A stretch of 35,799 nucleotides of DNA. It comes from Flavobacteriia bacterium (GTDB lineage Bacteria; Bacteroidota; Bacteroidia; Flavobacteriales; Flavobacteriaceae). The notes beneath the pieces were generated by a model that searched no databases, had not been told where the DNA came from, and saw nothing but the letters and a program-made list of their open reading frames with translations. Of the stretch, positions 7,802 through 17,221 are shown piece after piece; the stretch's first letter is position 1; each line of letters begins with the position of its first letter. The translations under genes and the position numbers were made by a program. Location: the NCBI GenBank assembly GCA_018500075.2, contig JAHBAN020000085.1:1-35799 (forward strand), written 5' to 3'.

Positions 7802-8887
7802 ATGAAAAATCGGCATATTTCAGTTGACATTTTTAGAGGACTCACCATTGTCCTGATGATTTTGGTGAACACCCCGGGAAGCTGGTCTGCAGTATACGCT
7901 CCTTTTCTTCACGCCCCTTGGCATGGTTACACCCTGACAGACCTTGTATTTCCCTTCTTTTTATTTATTGTAGGGGTGTCTATTTCTTTGTCTTATCAAA
8001 ACAAAAAATTAAAATGGCCTGTTTTTATAAAAATCACTAGTAGGAGTTTAAAATTAATTTTTTTGGGATTGTTCTTAGGGGCCTTTAGTTTGACCTTTCC
8101 TTTTCTTAAAGAATTTGATAGCATTCGTTTTCCCGGGGTGCTCCAACGCATAGGACTGGTGTTTTTCTTGGCCAGCTTGTTGTATATATGGGGGAGTAAG
8201 CGGAGCACTTTTTTAGTGATTGGCATACTGCTTGTGGGCTACTGGCTTTGGATGGGCTATATTCCCTTATCGGGGGTAGCTCCAACCTATGAGCGGGCGA
8301 TTAATAACTGGGCAAATTATATAGACCTGAAAGTTTTGGGAACCCATATGTGGAAATCAGATTACGATCCTGAGGGATTATTAAGCACCCTTCCCGCCAT
8401 AGCTTCTGCTTTATTAGGAACCCTGACAGGAGACCTAATAAGGTCCAATACCTATCAAAAAGTGTCGCTGATGCTGGCTTTTGGTGTTGCCATGTTGCTG
8501 TTGGGGTACCTCTGGAGCCTTTCTTTTCCGATTAACAAGGCGCTTTGGAGCCCGTCATTTGTACTTGTTAGTGCCGGCTGGGCCAACCTTTGCTTGGCCC
8601 TGCTTTTTTACGTGACCGAACTTAAAAAAATAAAGCTAGGAGGCGTTTTTAGAAAAGTAGGCCTAAATGCCATTGTCATTTATTTTAGCGCAAGTTTTAC
8701 CGCAAAAATTTTTTCAATGATCTCCATACAAGGAGGCAGCTTACACGGGTATATTTTTAATCGCTTTTTTGTATATGATTCCATACCCTTAGAGAGCAGT
8801 TCTTTGTTGTATGCCCTTTCTGTTTGTGTCTTTTATGTCGTGTTTGCGCAGCTGCTTTATAAAAAGAAGGTTTTCATCAAGGTCTAA
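7802..8887 (+). CDS. NagX/HGSNAT-like membrane acyltransferase (heparan-alpha-glucosaminide N-acetyltransferase family)
   Basis: SVDIFRGLTIVLMILVN, HAPWHGYTLTDLVFPFFLFIVG, GVLQRIG, DPEGLLSTLPAI and PINKALWSPSF motifs. Confidence 0.88.
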   Translation: MKNRHISVDIFRGLTIVLMILVNTPGSWSAVYAPFLHAPWHGYTLTDLVFPFFLFIVGVSISLSYQNKKLKWPVFIKITSRSLKLIFLGLFLGAFSLTFPFLKEFDSIRFPGVLQRIGLVFFLASLLYIWGSKRSTFLVIGILLVGYWLWMGYIPLSGVAPTYERAINNWANYIDLKVLGTHMWKSDYDPEGLLSTLPAIASALLGTLTGDLIRSNTYQKVSLMLAFGVAMLLLGYLWSLSFPINKALWSPSFVLVSAGWANLCLALLFYVTELKKIKLGGVFRKVGLNAIVIYFSASFTAKIFSMISIQGGSLHGYIFNRFFVYDSIPLESSSLLYALSVCVFYVVFAQLLYKKKVFIKV

Positions 8888-8938
8888 GTTTGTGTGTTTC
8901 TAACAAATGAATTACATTCGATTAAAGAATTAAAAAGG

Positions 8939-9175
8939 ATGGACACAAAGTACAAAGAAGTTTTCATGGGAAATGCAATGGCAGTATTACTGCTCAAGGG
9001 TGTTTTTGGAGACCACGGCATTCCATATATTGAAAAAAACGAACAAATGTCTGGTGTTTTGGCTGGTTTTGCTGGCGGCACAGAGTCTACCATCAAAGTG
9101 ATGGTGCCTTTGGAGCTTGAAGAAGCCGCTTTGGCCTTGGTGGCAGATTTTAGGTCACAGCTAGAGAGCGCCTAG
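8939..9175 (+). CDS. DUF2007-like small putative signal-transducing protein
   Basis: 78 aa from ATG 8939; the pattern LLKGVFGDHGIPYIEKNE...AGFAGG...IKVMVP fits DUF2007. Confidence 0.7.
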   Translation: MDTKYKEVFMGNAMAVLLLKGVFGDHGIPYIEKNEQMSGVLAGFAGGTESTIKVMVPLELEEAALALVADFRSQLESA

Positions 9176-9179
9176 GCTG

Positions 9180-9773
9180 TTAGTCTGCACGCACTTCTAA
9201 AAGTCTTTTTACATATTTACCAATCACATCAAACTCTAAGTTGACCAAGCTTCCTTTCTGGTACTGGTTAAACCTGGTGTGCTCATAGGTGTAGGGAATA
9301 ATGGCCACGCTAAACGAGTTGGCTTTTGAGTCAACCACCGTTAAACTGGTGCCGTCTATGGTGATAGAGCCCTTTTCTATGGTCACATTTTGAGGGCCCT
9401 GTTCGTAAGAAAATGTAAAGGACCAGCTGCCGTTGGTTTCTTTAACATCCGTACAGATCCCCGTTTGGTCTACATGACCCTGAACAATATGCCCATCTAA
9501 GCGGCTGCCCATAATCATGGCGCGCTCTAAGTTTACAAGGTCGCCAATGTTAAGGCTGCCAATCGCTGTTTTTTCTAAAGTTTCCGCAATAGCAGTAACC
9601 CTGTATTGCTTGTCGGTTTTAGAGACTACGGTCAGACAGACCCCGTTGTGGGACACCGATTGATCAATTTTAAGGTCCTTGGCCAAGGCCGATTCTATGG
9701 TAAAGTCCATATTGCCCTCACTAGCTTCTATTCTCGCTACTTTTCCTAAAGTTTCAATAATTCCCGTAAACAT
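9180..9773 (-). CDS. ribE: Riboflavin synthase (alpha chain)
   Basis: Invariant N-terminal MFTGII, plus SVSHNGVCLTV, VNLERA, GHIVQGHVD and VNLEFD. The gene is called ribC in E. coli nomenclature. Confidence 0.97.
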   Translation of the reverse strand: MFTGIIETLGKVARIEASEGNMDFTIESALAKDLKIDQSVSHNGVCLTVVSKTDKQYRVTAIAETLEKTAIGSLNIGDLVNLERAMIMGSRLDGHIVQGHVDQTGICTDVKETNGSWSFTFSYEQGPQNVTIEKGSITIDGTSLTVVDSKANSFSVAIIPYTYEHTRFNQYQKGSLVNLEFDVIGKYVKRLLEVRAD

Positions 9774-9831
9774 GGTTCGTTTTAATTGTCTAATTTTACA
9801 GGGTAAATTTACTGATTAAGCCTTAGATAGT

Positions 9832-10923
9832 ATGCAGGATCATGCAAAAATAAAAGTGGGGATTTCCGTGGGAGATCTAAATGGAATTGGGTGTGAGGTT
9901 GTTTTAAAAACTTTTGAAGATCCAAGAATGCTCGAGTTGTGCACGCCAGTACTCTTTGCTTCTAGCAAGACCCTGGCCAAGCAGCAAGAACAACTGGGAA
10001 CCAATTTGGTGTATGCGGGAATAGGCCTTGCTTCAGAAGCTATAGACGGCAAGTTTAACGTAGTTAATTTATGGAAAGAGAGTCCACTTATTGAGTTTGG
10101 AAAGGAGACCAAAGAAGGCGGCGCTTTTGCTTTGCAGTCTTTGGAAGCTGCTACTGCGGCTTTAAAATCTGGAGAAGTAGATGTGCTTGTTACGGCACCT
10201 ATTAATAAAAGCAACATACAGTCTGAGCACTTTAAGTTTCCTGGGCATACTGATTATTTAGCGGCTCAATTGGGCGGGGAAAGTCTGATGTTTATGATTT
10301 CTGACGGCCTTAGAATTGGTTTGCTCACAGACCATGTGGCCGTAAAAGAGGTCACTGAAAACATCACTCCTTCTAGAATAAAAACAAAAGTGAAGACCAT
10401 CATAGCCTCTTTGCAGCAGGATTTTGGGATTAGAAAGCCTAAGATTGCACTTTTGGGGATTAACCCTCACAATGGAGACCAGGGTGTCATTGGAAAAGAA
10501 GATGACGAGCTATTGGTGCCCGCCATTAAAGAATTATCAGACGAGGGACTCTTGGTGTATGGCCCTTATGCTGGAGACAGCTTCTTTGGCTCAAAGAATT
10601 ACAGCTCTTTTGACGCTATTTTAGCTGCCTATCACGATCAAGGGCTCATTCCTTTTAAAACCTTGTCTTTTGGGAATGGGGTGAATTTTACCGCAGGGCT
10701 CAGTAAGGTAAGAACCTCTCCAGACCACGGCACGGCCTATGACATTGCGGGCAAGGGCTTGGCAGACCACAGTTCTTTTGCTGCGGCTGTACACGCAGCC
10801 ATACGCATTTTTAAGCAGCGAAGCGAGTATGAGGAGCTCACTAAAAACCCCTTGAAAAAGGCGAGGATTGTAGAAAAGAGAACGCCAAGAAAAAACAAAC
10901 CAAAACCACAAGAAAAGCAGTAA
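9832..10923 (+). CDS. pdxA: 4-hydroxythreonine-4-phosphate dehydrogenase
   Basis: GDLNGIGCE, TAPINK, FPGHTDYL, GINPHNGD, YHDQGLIPFK and RTSPDHGTAYDIAG motifs. Confidence 0.96.
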   Translation: MQDHAKIKVGISVGDLNGIGCEVVLKTFEDPRMLELCTPVLFASSKTLAKQQEQLGTNLVYAGIGLASEAIDGKFNVVNLWKESPLIEFGKETKEGGAFALQSLEAATAALKSGEVDVLVTAPINKSNIQSEHFKFPGHTDYLAAQLGGESLMFMISDGLRIGLLTDHVAVKEVTENITPSRIKTKVKTIIASLQQDFGIRKPKIALLGINPHNGDQGVIGKEDDELLVPAIKELSDEGLLVYGPYAGDSFFGSKNYSSFDAILAAYHDQGLIPFKTLSFGNGVNFTAGLSKVRTSPDHGTAYDIAGKGLADHSSFAAAVHAAIRIFKQRSEYEELTKNPLKKARIVEKRTPRKNKPKPQEKQ

Positions 10924-10941
10924 TTTTAATTTCCTTATTGC

Positions 10942-10971
10942 TTGGTAGTTAGTATAATAATAGTATCTTTG
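10942..10971 (+). promoter_or_regulatory. Sigma-A promoter for yceD-rpmF (-33 TTG, 19-bp spacer, -7 TATCTTTG)
   Basis: TTG at 10942-10944 and TATCTTTG at 10964-10971 match the Flavobacterium consensus and spacing. Confidence 0.75.
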
Positions 10972-11018
10972 CACCCGCCTTTTGGCTTAGCAGAGATATG
11001 CTATAAATCTGATTTCAA

Positions 11019-11558
11019 ATGAAAAACAGGGACTATCACATTCCTTTTTCAGGATTAAAAGATGGAAAGCATCACTTTGAATTTGCCTTAGACAATACGT
11101 TCTTTACGACATATGCTTTTGAAGAATTTAATACCGCAGACATCCAAGTCAAAGTGGTTTTAAATAAACTAAGCACTTTTATGGAGCTTGATTTTAAAGC
11201 AATCGGAAGTGTCAACATTAATTGTGACACGACCAATGAGCCTTTTAATTTGCCTATAGAAGCGGCTATTGAGTTGGTTGTTAAGTTTGGAGACGAATTT
11301 GACAATGAAAACGAATCCCTCTTAGTGCTCCCTCACGGAGAGCATCAGGTAGACGTTGCTCAGTATATGTATGAGATGGTTGTTTTAGCGGTGCCCGCAA
11401 AAAGAGTACACCCCGGTGTGCTAGACGGTAGTTTACAATCTGACGTCTTGGACACCCTAGAGAAGCTAGGCGTAAAAGAATTGAAAGAACAAAAAGAAGA
11501 GATAGAAGAGACAGACCCGCGTTGGGACGCTCTAAAAAAGTTATTAACGGATAAATAG
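11019..11558 (+). CDS. yceD: YceD/DUF177 family protein
   Basis: Directly upstream of rpmF; C-terminal [10 protein letters not shown] motif. Confidence 0.9.
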   Translation: MKNRDYHIPFSGLKDGKHHFEFALDNTFFTTYAFEEFNTADIQVKVVLNKLSTFMELDFKAIGSVNINCDTTNEPFNLPIEAAIELVVKFGDEFDNENESLLVLPHGEHQVDVAQYMYEMVVLAVPAKRVHPGVLDGSLQSDVLDTLEKLGVKELKEQKEEIEETDPRWDALKKLLTDK

Positions 11559-11566
11559 GAATTATC

Positions 11567-11764
11567 ATGGCACATCCAAAGAGAAAAATTTCCAAAACAA
11601 GGAGAGATAAAAGAAGAACGCATTACAAAGCAGTAGCACCTACTATTGCTAAAGATCCAACTACTGGTGAAATGCACTTATATCACAGAGCACACTGGCA
11701 CGAAGGTAAATTATACTACAGAGGCCAAGTGCTTATAGACAATACAGAAGTAGCTACTGCATAA
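11567..11764 (+). CDS. rpmF: 50S ribosomal protein L32 (Cys-free form)
   Basis: [20 protein letters not shown]-terminus. Confidence 0.98.
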   Translation: MAHPKRKISKTRRDKRRTHYKAVAPTIAKDPTTGEMHLYHRAHWHEGKLYYRGQVLIDNTEVATA

Positions 11765-11786
11765 GTAATTGCTTTTAGGTTCATGG

Positions 11787-11817
11787 AACTCCCACTTTTT
11801 TAAGTGGGAGTTTTTTT
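11787..11817 (+). terminator. Intrinsic terminator after rpmF
   Basis: AACTCCCACTT-tttt-AAGTGGGAGTT stem followed by a T run. Confidence 0.85.
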
Positions 11818-11975
11818 ATGTGCCAAACTTTTTGACACAGCCAGCCCAGGCTGGCGAGACTTCTACAAAACCGATTAAAAATGTGCAAAAAGCTCAGAAA
11901 AGTGAGGTTAAATGATTAATTTTCACGAATTTTGAATGATTTTTGGGCATTTTGCCAGAAAATAAACCAATTCGA

Positions 11976-12971
11976 ATGACAAAATTATCAGCAGCCATTA
12001 CAGGGGTTGGGTCTTACGTCCCAGACTTTGTACTGACCAATGCCCTCCTAGAAACCATGGTGGAGACCAACGATGAGTGGATCACCACCAGAACAGGAAT
12101 TAAGGAGCGCAGAATATTAAAGGATCCTGAGAAAGGCACTTCTTACTTGGCCATCCAAGCCGCCAAAGACCTCATTGAAAAACAACAATTAGACCCGCAA
12201 ACTATTGACTTAGTCTTGGTGGCCACTGCGACACCAGATTTATTAGTAGCTTCTACTGCAGCCTATGTGGCTTCTGAAATTGGGGCTACAGAGGCTTTTT
12301 CATATGACTTACAAGCAGCCTGTTCTAGTTTTTTATATGGGATGTCTACAGCCGCAGCTTATATAGAAGCTGGTCGTTATAAAAAAGTGTTGCTCATTGG
12401 CGCAGATAAAATGTCTTCTATTATAGATTACGAAGACCGCGCTACCTGTATTATTTTTGGTGATGGCGCAGGGGCAGCTTTATTTGAGCCTAACACAGAA
12501 GGGTATGGACTGCAAGATGAATACCTTAGATCAGATGGAATAGGAAGAAATTTTTTAAAAATGGAAGCTGGAGGCTCTCTGTTGCCAGCCTCTTTAGAGA
12601 CGGTAAAAAACAAGCAGCACCACGTATACCAAGACGGTAAAACAGTGTTTAAATTTGCCGTATCTAACATGGCCAATGCCGCTGCAAAAATCATGGAGCG
12701 CAATACCTTGAGCAATCAGGATGTAGATTGGTTGGTGCCCCACCAAGCCAACAACAGGATCATAGAAGCTACAGCCAACAGAATGGATGTAGATAAAAGC
12801 AAGGTCATGAATAATATTGCCAAGTATGGCAACACGACCTCTGCCACCCTCCCCCTTTTACTAGCAGATTATGAATCTCAATTAAAAAAAGGAGATAAGT
12901 TGGTTTTTGCCGCCTTTGGGGGCGGATTCACCTGGGGGTCTATTTATCTAACATGGGCATACAATAACTAA
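11976..12971 (+). CDS. fabH: Beta-ketoacyl-ACP synthase III
   Basis: WITTRTGI; catalytic AACS, PHQAN and GNT; FGDGAGA and FGGGFTWG. Start moved to ATG 11976. Confidence 0.96.
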   Translation: MTKLSAAITGVGSYVPDFVLTNALLETMVETNDEWITTRTGIKERRILKDPEKGTSYLAIQAAKDLIEKQQLDPQTIDLVLVATATPDLLVASTAAYVASEIGATEAFSYDLQAACSSFLYGMSTAAAYIEAGRYKKVLLIGADKMSSIIDYEDRATCIIFGDGAGAALFEPNTEGYGLQDEYLRSDGIGRNFLKMEAGGSLLPASLETVKNKQHHVYQDGKTVFKFAVSNMANAAAKIMERNTLSNQDVDWLVPHQANNRIIEATANRMDVDKSKVMNNIAKYGNTTSATLPLLLADYESQLKKGDKLVFAAFGGGFTWGSIYLTWAYNN

Positions 12972-12998
12972 TATATTTACACAACTAAACTTTATCAT

Positions 12999-13484
12999 AT
13001 GGACATTAAAGAAATTCAAAACCTCATTAAGTTTGTGGCCAAATCTGGCGCCAGTGAAGTTAAATTAGAGACCGATGACGTTAAAATCACCATCAGAACG
13101 GGGCCATTAGGGACCGCCTCTGAAGGCGCCACCTATATTCAGCAGTTACCTGCTGCAGCTCCTGTAGCTGCCCCAATCGCTGCGGCTCCTGTGGCTGGAG
13201 CACCCGCAGAAGCGGCTGCCCCTGCAGCAGCGTCTGAAGACCATCTAATCACTATTAAGTCTCCTATTATTGGAACTTTTTATAGAAAACCTTCTCCAGA
13301 CAAGCCTAACTTTGTTGAGGTAGGTACGGATATTGGAAAGGGAGACGTACTTTGTGTCATTGAAGCCATGAAGTTATTCAATGACATTGAGTCTGAAGTG
13401 TCTGGAAAAATCGTTAAAATATTAGTAGACGACTCTTCTCCTGTAGAATTTGATCAGCCGCTTTTTGTGGTAGACCCTTCTTAA
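12999..13484 (+). CDS. accB: Acetyl-CoA carboxylase biotin carboxyl carrier protein
   Basis: EAMKL biotinylation motif, Ala/Pro-rich linker and SPIIGTFYR. Confidence 0.98.
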   Translation: MDIKEIQNLIKFVAKSGASEVKLETDDVKITIRTGPLGTASEGATYIQQLPAAAPVAAPIAAAPVAGAPAEAAAPAAASEDHLITIKSPIIGTFYRKPSPDKPNFVEVGTDIGKGDVLCVIEAMKLFNDIESEVSGKIVKILVDDSSPVEFDQPLFVVDPS

Positions 13485-13522
13485 TTTGTAGTGCTTTTTT
13501 AATTCATTTTTAATACAGACTT

Positions 13523-14875
13523 ATGTTTAAAAAAATACTCATTGCCAATAGAGGAGAGATCGCCCTAAGAATTATTAGGACGTGTAAGGAAATGGGCATT
13601 AAAACCGTTGCCGTATACTCTAAAGCAGACGAAGAAAGTTTACATGTGCGTTTTGCAGATGAGGCTGTTTGTATTGGTCCAGCACCAAGCAGCGAATCTT
13701 ATCTTAAAATTCCAAACATCATAGCTGCAGCAGAAATCACCAATGCAGACGCTATTCACCCAGGATATGGGTTTTTATCTGAAAACGCTAAGTTTTCTAG
13801 AATATGTGCAGAGCACGGTATTAAATTCATAGGAGCTTCTGGCGATCAGATAGATAAAATGGGGGACAAGGCCACGGCCAAGGAAACCATGAAAAAAGCA
13901 GGAGTACCTTGTGTACCTGGTTCCGAGGGGATTATGAAGGATGTAAAAGACGCTATTGCTACGGCAAAGAAGGTCGGATACCCTGTTATGATTAAAGCCA
14001 CCGCAGGTGGAGGCGGAAAAGGAATGCGCGCTGTTTGGAAAGAAGAAGACATGACCAAATTATACGAGAGTGCGGTGCAAGAAGCCACCGCTGCTTTCGG
14101 AAATGGAGGCATGTATATGGAAAAACTCATAGAAGAGCCACGCCACATTGAAATTCAGGTAGTAGGAGACCAGTTTGGTAAGGCCTGTCACCTCTCAGAA
14201 AGAGACTGCTCTGTACAACGCAGACACCAAAAATTAACAGAGGAGACGCCTTCTCCTTTTATGACCGACAAACTCAGGGAAGACATGGGTAAGGCAGCCA
14301 TAAAAGCAGCAGAATACATTAAGTATGAAGGGGCTGGAACCATAGAATTTCTAGTAGACAAACACAGAAAATTCTATTTCATGGAAATGAACACTAGAAT
14401 TCAAGTGGAGCACCCTATTACAGAACAGGTAGTAGACTACGACCTTATTCGAGAGCAAATTTTAGTGGCAGCAGGAGTACCAATTTCTGGGAAGAACTAT
14501 TTTCCAAAACTCCACGCTATTGAATGCAGGATAAATGCAGAAGACCCTTACAATGGCTTTAGACCTAGTCCAGGTAAAATTACGACCCTACATACTCCGG
14601 GTGGTCATGGAATTAGGCTAGACACACACGTGTACAGTGGTTATGTGATACCTCCCAATTACGACTCTATGATTGCCAAGCTTATCACTACGGCTCAAAC
14701 TAGAGAAGAGGCTATCAATAAAATGAAAAGGGCCTTGGATGAGTTTGTGATTGAGGGAGTTAAAACAACCATCCCTTTTCACAGACAACTCATGGACCAT
14801 CCAGATTATTTAGCGGGAAATTATACCACAAAGTTTATGGAAGACTTTGAAATGGCTCCTATAGTAGAAGGATAG
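13523..14875 (+). CDS. accC: Acetyl-CoA carboxylase biotin carboxylase subunit
   Basis: [37 protein letters not shown] and [10 protein letters not shown] motifs. Confidence 0.98.
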   Translation: MFKKILIANRGEIALRIIRTCKEMGIKTVAVYSKADEESLHVRFADEAVCIGPAPSSESYLKIPNIIAAAEITNADAIHPGYGFLSENAKFSRICAEHGIKFIGASGDQIDKMGDKATAKETMKKAGVPCVPGSEGIMKDVKDAIATAKKVGYPVMIKATAGGGGKGMRAVWKEEDMTKLYESAVQEATAAFGNGGMYMEKLIEEPRHIEIQVVGDQFGKACHLSERDCSVQRRHQKLTEETPSPFMTDKLREDMGKAAIKAAEYIKYEGAGTIEFLVDKHRKFYFMEMNTRIQVEHPITEQVVDYDLIREQILVAAGVPISGKNYFPKLHAIECRINAEDPYNGFRPSPGKITTLHTPGGHGIRLDTHVYSGYVIPPNYDSMIAKLITTAQTREEAINKMKRALDEFVIEGVKTTIPFHRQLMDHPDYLAGNYTTKFMEDFEMAPIVEG

Positions 14876-14939
14876 ATATGTTTTAATAAAGGCTTAGGAA
14901 TATTTCAAATGCCCCAGCTTTTATGGTCACTCAATATAT

Positions 14940-14965
14940 AAAACCCCTTTTAAAGGGGTTTTTTT
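14940..14965 (+). terminator. Intrinsic terminator after accC
   Basis: AAAACCCCTTT/AAAGGGGTTTT inverted repeat with T tail. Confidence 0.85.
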
Positions 14966-15004
14966 ATTGGCGTACATCAAGTATCTTTAGGTCAAACAAT
15001 AGAG

Positions 15005-16123
15005 ATGGACGCATTGAGTTATTGGGAACACAAACACTGGTTGTCGCATATAGATTTTGCTATTGTGGGTAGCGGTATTGTGGGACTCAACTGTGCCTTG
15101 GCCCTAAGAAAAAAACATCCAAAGGCCAAAATCGTTATTTTTGAAAAGGGAATTTTGCCCAAAGGGGCTAGCACCAAAAACGCAGGATTTAGCTGTTTTG
15201 GGAGCATCTCTGAGATTGTATCAGATCTTGAAAAAGAAGGAGAAGAGGCGGTATTTTCATTGGTTCAAAAGCGCCACCAAGGAGTGGCACTATTAAGGAA
15301 GACCCTAGGAGACGCCGCCATGGATTTTCAACAGCTTGGGGGACATGAGGTCTTTTTAAATGCCCAAGAGGCACTTTTTGACAAATGTGCCAGCCAAATA
15401 TCCCGCGCTAACAAGCTTTTGCGGCCAATTTTCAAGGGAGATTCCTTTGGCCTTAAGCCTAATGAATTTCAATTTGGAGGGGTGCTTTCTCAGTATATTA
15501 GCAGCCCGCATGAGGGCCAAATAGACACGGGATTCATGATGAAAAATCTCATTCAAAAAGTCCAAGAAAACAACATCATGATCTGGCACGGAGTTCCAGT
15601 GACCCAGATAGAAGCCGGGGCAGATAAAAACCTGCTCAAAACGCCATTCTTTGAATGTGCGCCCGGAAAGATTTGTCTGGCCACCAATGGTTTTTCTCAG
15701 CAGTTTGGTTTAGAAGAGGTGGTTCCGGCTCGGGCACAGGTACTCATTACCAAGCCTATAAAAAACCTGGCCTTAAAAGGGGTCTTTCATTTAGATGAGG
15801 GCTACTATTATTTTAGAAATATTGACGGACGTATTTTGCTAGGTGGTGGCAGGAATCTTGATTTTAAAGGAGAGCAAACCACGAGCTTTGATCAGACCCC
15901 CCTCATTCAAGAAGCTTTGGAAAAGCTCTTATCGGATACTATTTTACCCCACACCCCTTTTGAAATAGACAGGCGTTGGTCGGGTATAATGGGGGTGGGC
16001 AATTCCAAGCAGCCTTTGGTAAAAAACATACAGAACGAGCTTTATGCTGCTGTTAGGTTAGGCGGTATGGGGGTAGCATTAGGCGCTCAGTTAGGTCAGG
16101 AGTTGGCCGATTTGTGTGACTGA
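15005..16123 (+). CDS. FAD-dependent oxidoreductase (DAO/PuuB-like family)
   Basis: IVGSGIVG dinucleotide fold, GASTKNAGF, RILLGGG, RWSGIMG and GGMGVA. Substrate not determinable. Confidence 0.88.
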   Translation: MDALSYWEHKHWLSHIDFAIVGSGIVGLNCALALRKKHPKAKIVIFEKGILPKGASTKNAGFSCFGSISEIVSDLEKEGEEAVFSLVQKRHQGVALLRKTLGDAAMDFQQLGGHEVFLNAQEALFDKCASQISRANKLLRPIFKGDSFGLKPNEFQFGGVLSQYISSPHEGQIDTGFMMKNLIQKVQENNIMIWHGVPVTQIEAGADKNLLKTPFFECAPGKICLATNGFSQQFGLEEVVPARAQVLITKPIKNLALKGVFHLDEGYYYFRNIDGRILLGGGRNLDFKGEQTTSFDQTPLIQEALEKLLSDTILPHTPFEIDRRWSGIMGVGNSKQPLVKNIQNELYAAVRLGGMGVALGAQLGQELADLCD

Positions 16124-16163
16124 GAAAAGTGCTGTCTTAGGATGTTGTCTATAGGTAGGTAGT

Positions 16164-17192
16164 CTAAGACCCTTTAATGGCTGCCATCTTTTTTTCACAG
16201 AGTTTTAGAGACACCCAAACATAACCTTGAGTCCCTATTTTTTCTGCTTTTTTCTGATGTACAAAGAACTTTTTATTCCCTATAATTCCCACTAAAGAAA
16301 TCAGGTATCTATCCCCTTTGAATACGGCTGCGGTTACTTTTACGCTCAGCTGTATTTTCAGAGTACCAATCGGCATTTTTTTGCTAAATCGCAATTCATG
16401 AGGCCATAGGAGAAGGGTGTTTAGAGGGGTCTTTTGGGGTTTGTTATTCCAATGCTTTAGCTGTTCAGGTTCAATGATGTTTAAGCGACCAAACAACTGT
16501 GCTACAGCTTTGCTTGGAGGGAGCTCATACAGCTTTTGAGGCGGGGCCATAGCACTGACCATTCCTTGTTCCAGACAGACCATGGTATGGGCATGCCCCA
16601 TGAAGTCCTCTGGATCATGTGTGGCCATGATACAGGCAATGTTGTGTTTTTGTAAATAGTCATATAGCTGTTCCCTAAGCTGTTGTTTAAGTGGGATGTC
16701 TATGTGGCTAAAAGGCTCGTCTAAAAGGAGTAATTCTGGTGATTTGGCTAGTGCCTTAGCCAGTGCCACTCTTTGTTGTTGGCCACCAGACAGCTGCCTT
16801 ACTTTTGTATGGGCAAAAGACGGCATGTTTATGAGCGCTAAGAGTTCCTCAGTTCTCTCTGCTAACTTTTCTGGTTCAAAAACGGAGAGGTGTTGGCTGA
16901 TGTTTTCTGATACTGTAGTGTGGGGCATGAGATCAAAGTCTTGGGCCAAATATCTCATAAAGTCTGCGCCCGGCAATAGGTTGTAATCCGGACCTAAAAG
17001 GGCCTGATTTTTCCAGCTCATCTGACCCTCTTTAGGCGCTACACTACCGTAAATAAGCTTGAGTAGGGTACTCTTACCACTACCACTAAGCCCAGTAAGT
17101 GCTACAAACTCGCCCGCTTTCACACTTAAATCTATATGCTGAAGGACCGGTATGGTTCCGTAAGAAAATGAGAGATTTTTTATGTGAAGCAT
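16164..17192 (-). CDS. ABC transporter ATP-binding protein (FbpC/PotA-like)
   Basis: Walker A GLSGSGKST, signature LSGGQQQR, Walker B LLLDEP, H-loop ATHD and a TOBE-like tail. Confidence 0.92.
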   Translation of the reverse strand: MLHIKNLSFSYGTIPVLQHIDLSVKAGEFVALTGLSGSGKSTLLKLIYGSVAPKEGQMSWKNQALLGPDYNLLPGADFMRYLAQDFDLMPHTTVSENISQHLSVFEPEKLAERTEELLALINMPSFAHTKVRQLSGGQQQRVALAKALAKSPELLLLDEPFSHIDIPLKQQLREQLYDYLQKHNIACIMATHDPEDFMGHAHTMVCLEQGMVSAMAPPQKLYELPPSKAVAQLFGRLNIIEPEQLKHWNNKPQKTPLNTLLLWPHELRFSKKMPIGTLKIQLSVKVTAAVFKGDRYLISLVGIIGNKKFFVHQKKAEKIGTQGYVWVSLKLCEKKMAAIKGS

Positions 17193-17221
17193 AGCATTGT
17201 AAGCCTATGTGAGGCTTTGAT

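Noticed and set aside
13150-13235. GC-rich repetitive stretch in accB
   Set aside because: It encodes the normal Ala/Pro linker of BCCP.
16134-16170. GTCTTAG...CTAAGAC inverted repeat between convergent genes
   Set aside because: Short arms, a long loop and no T tract make it too weak to call a terminator.
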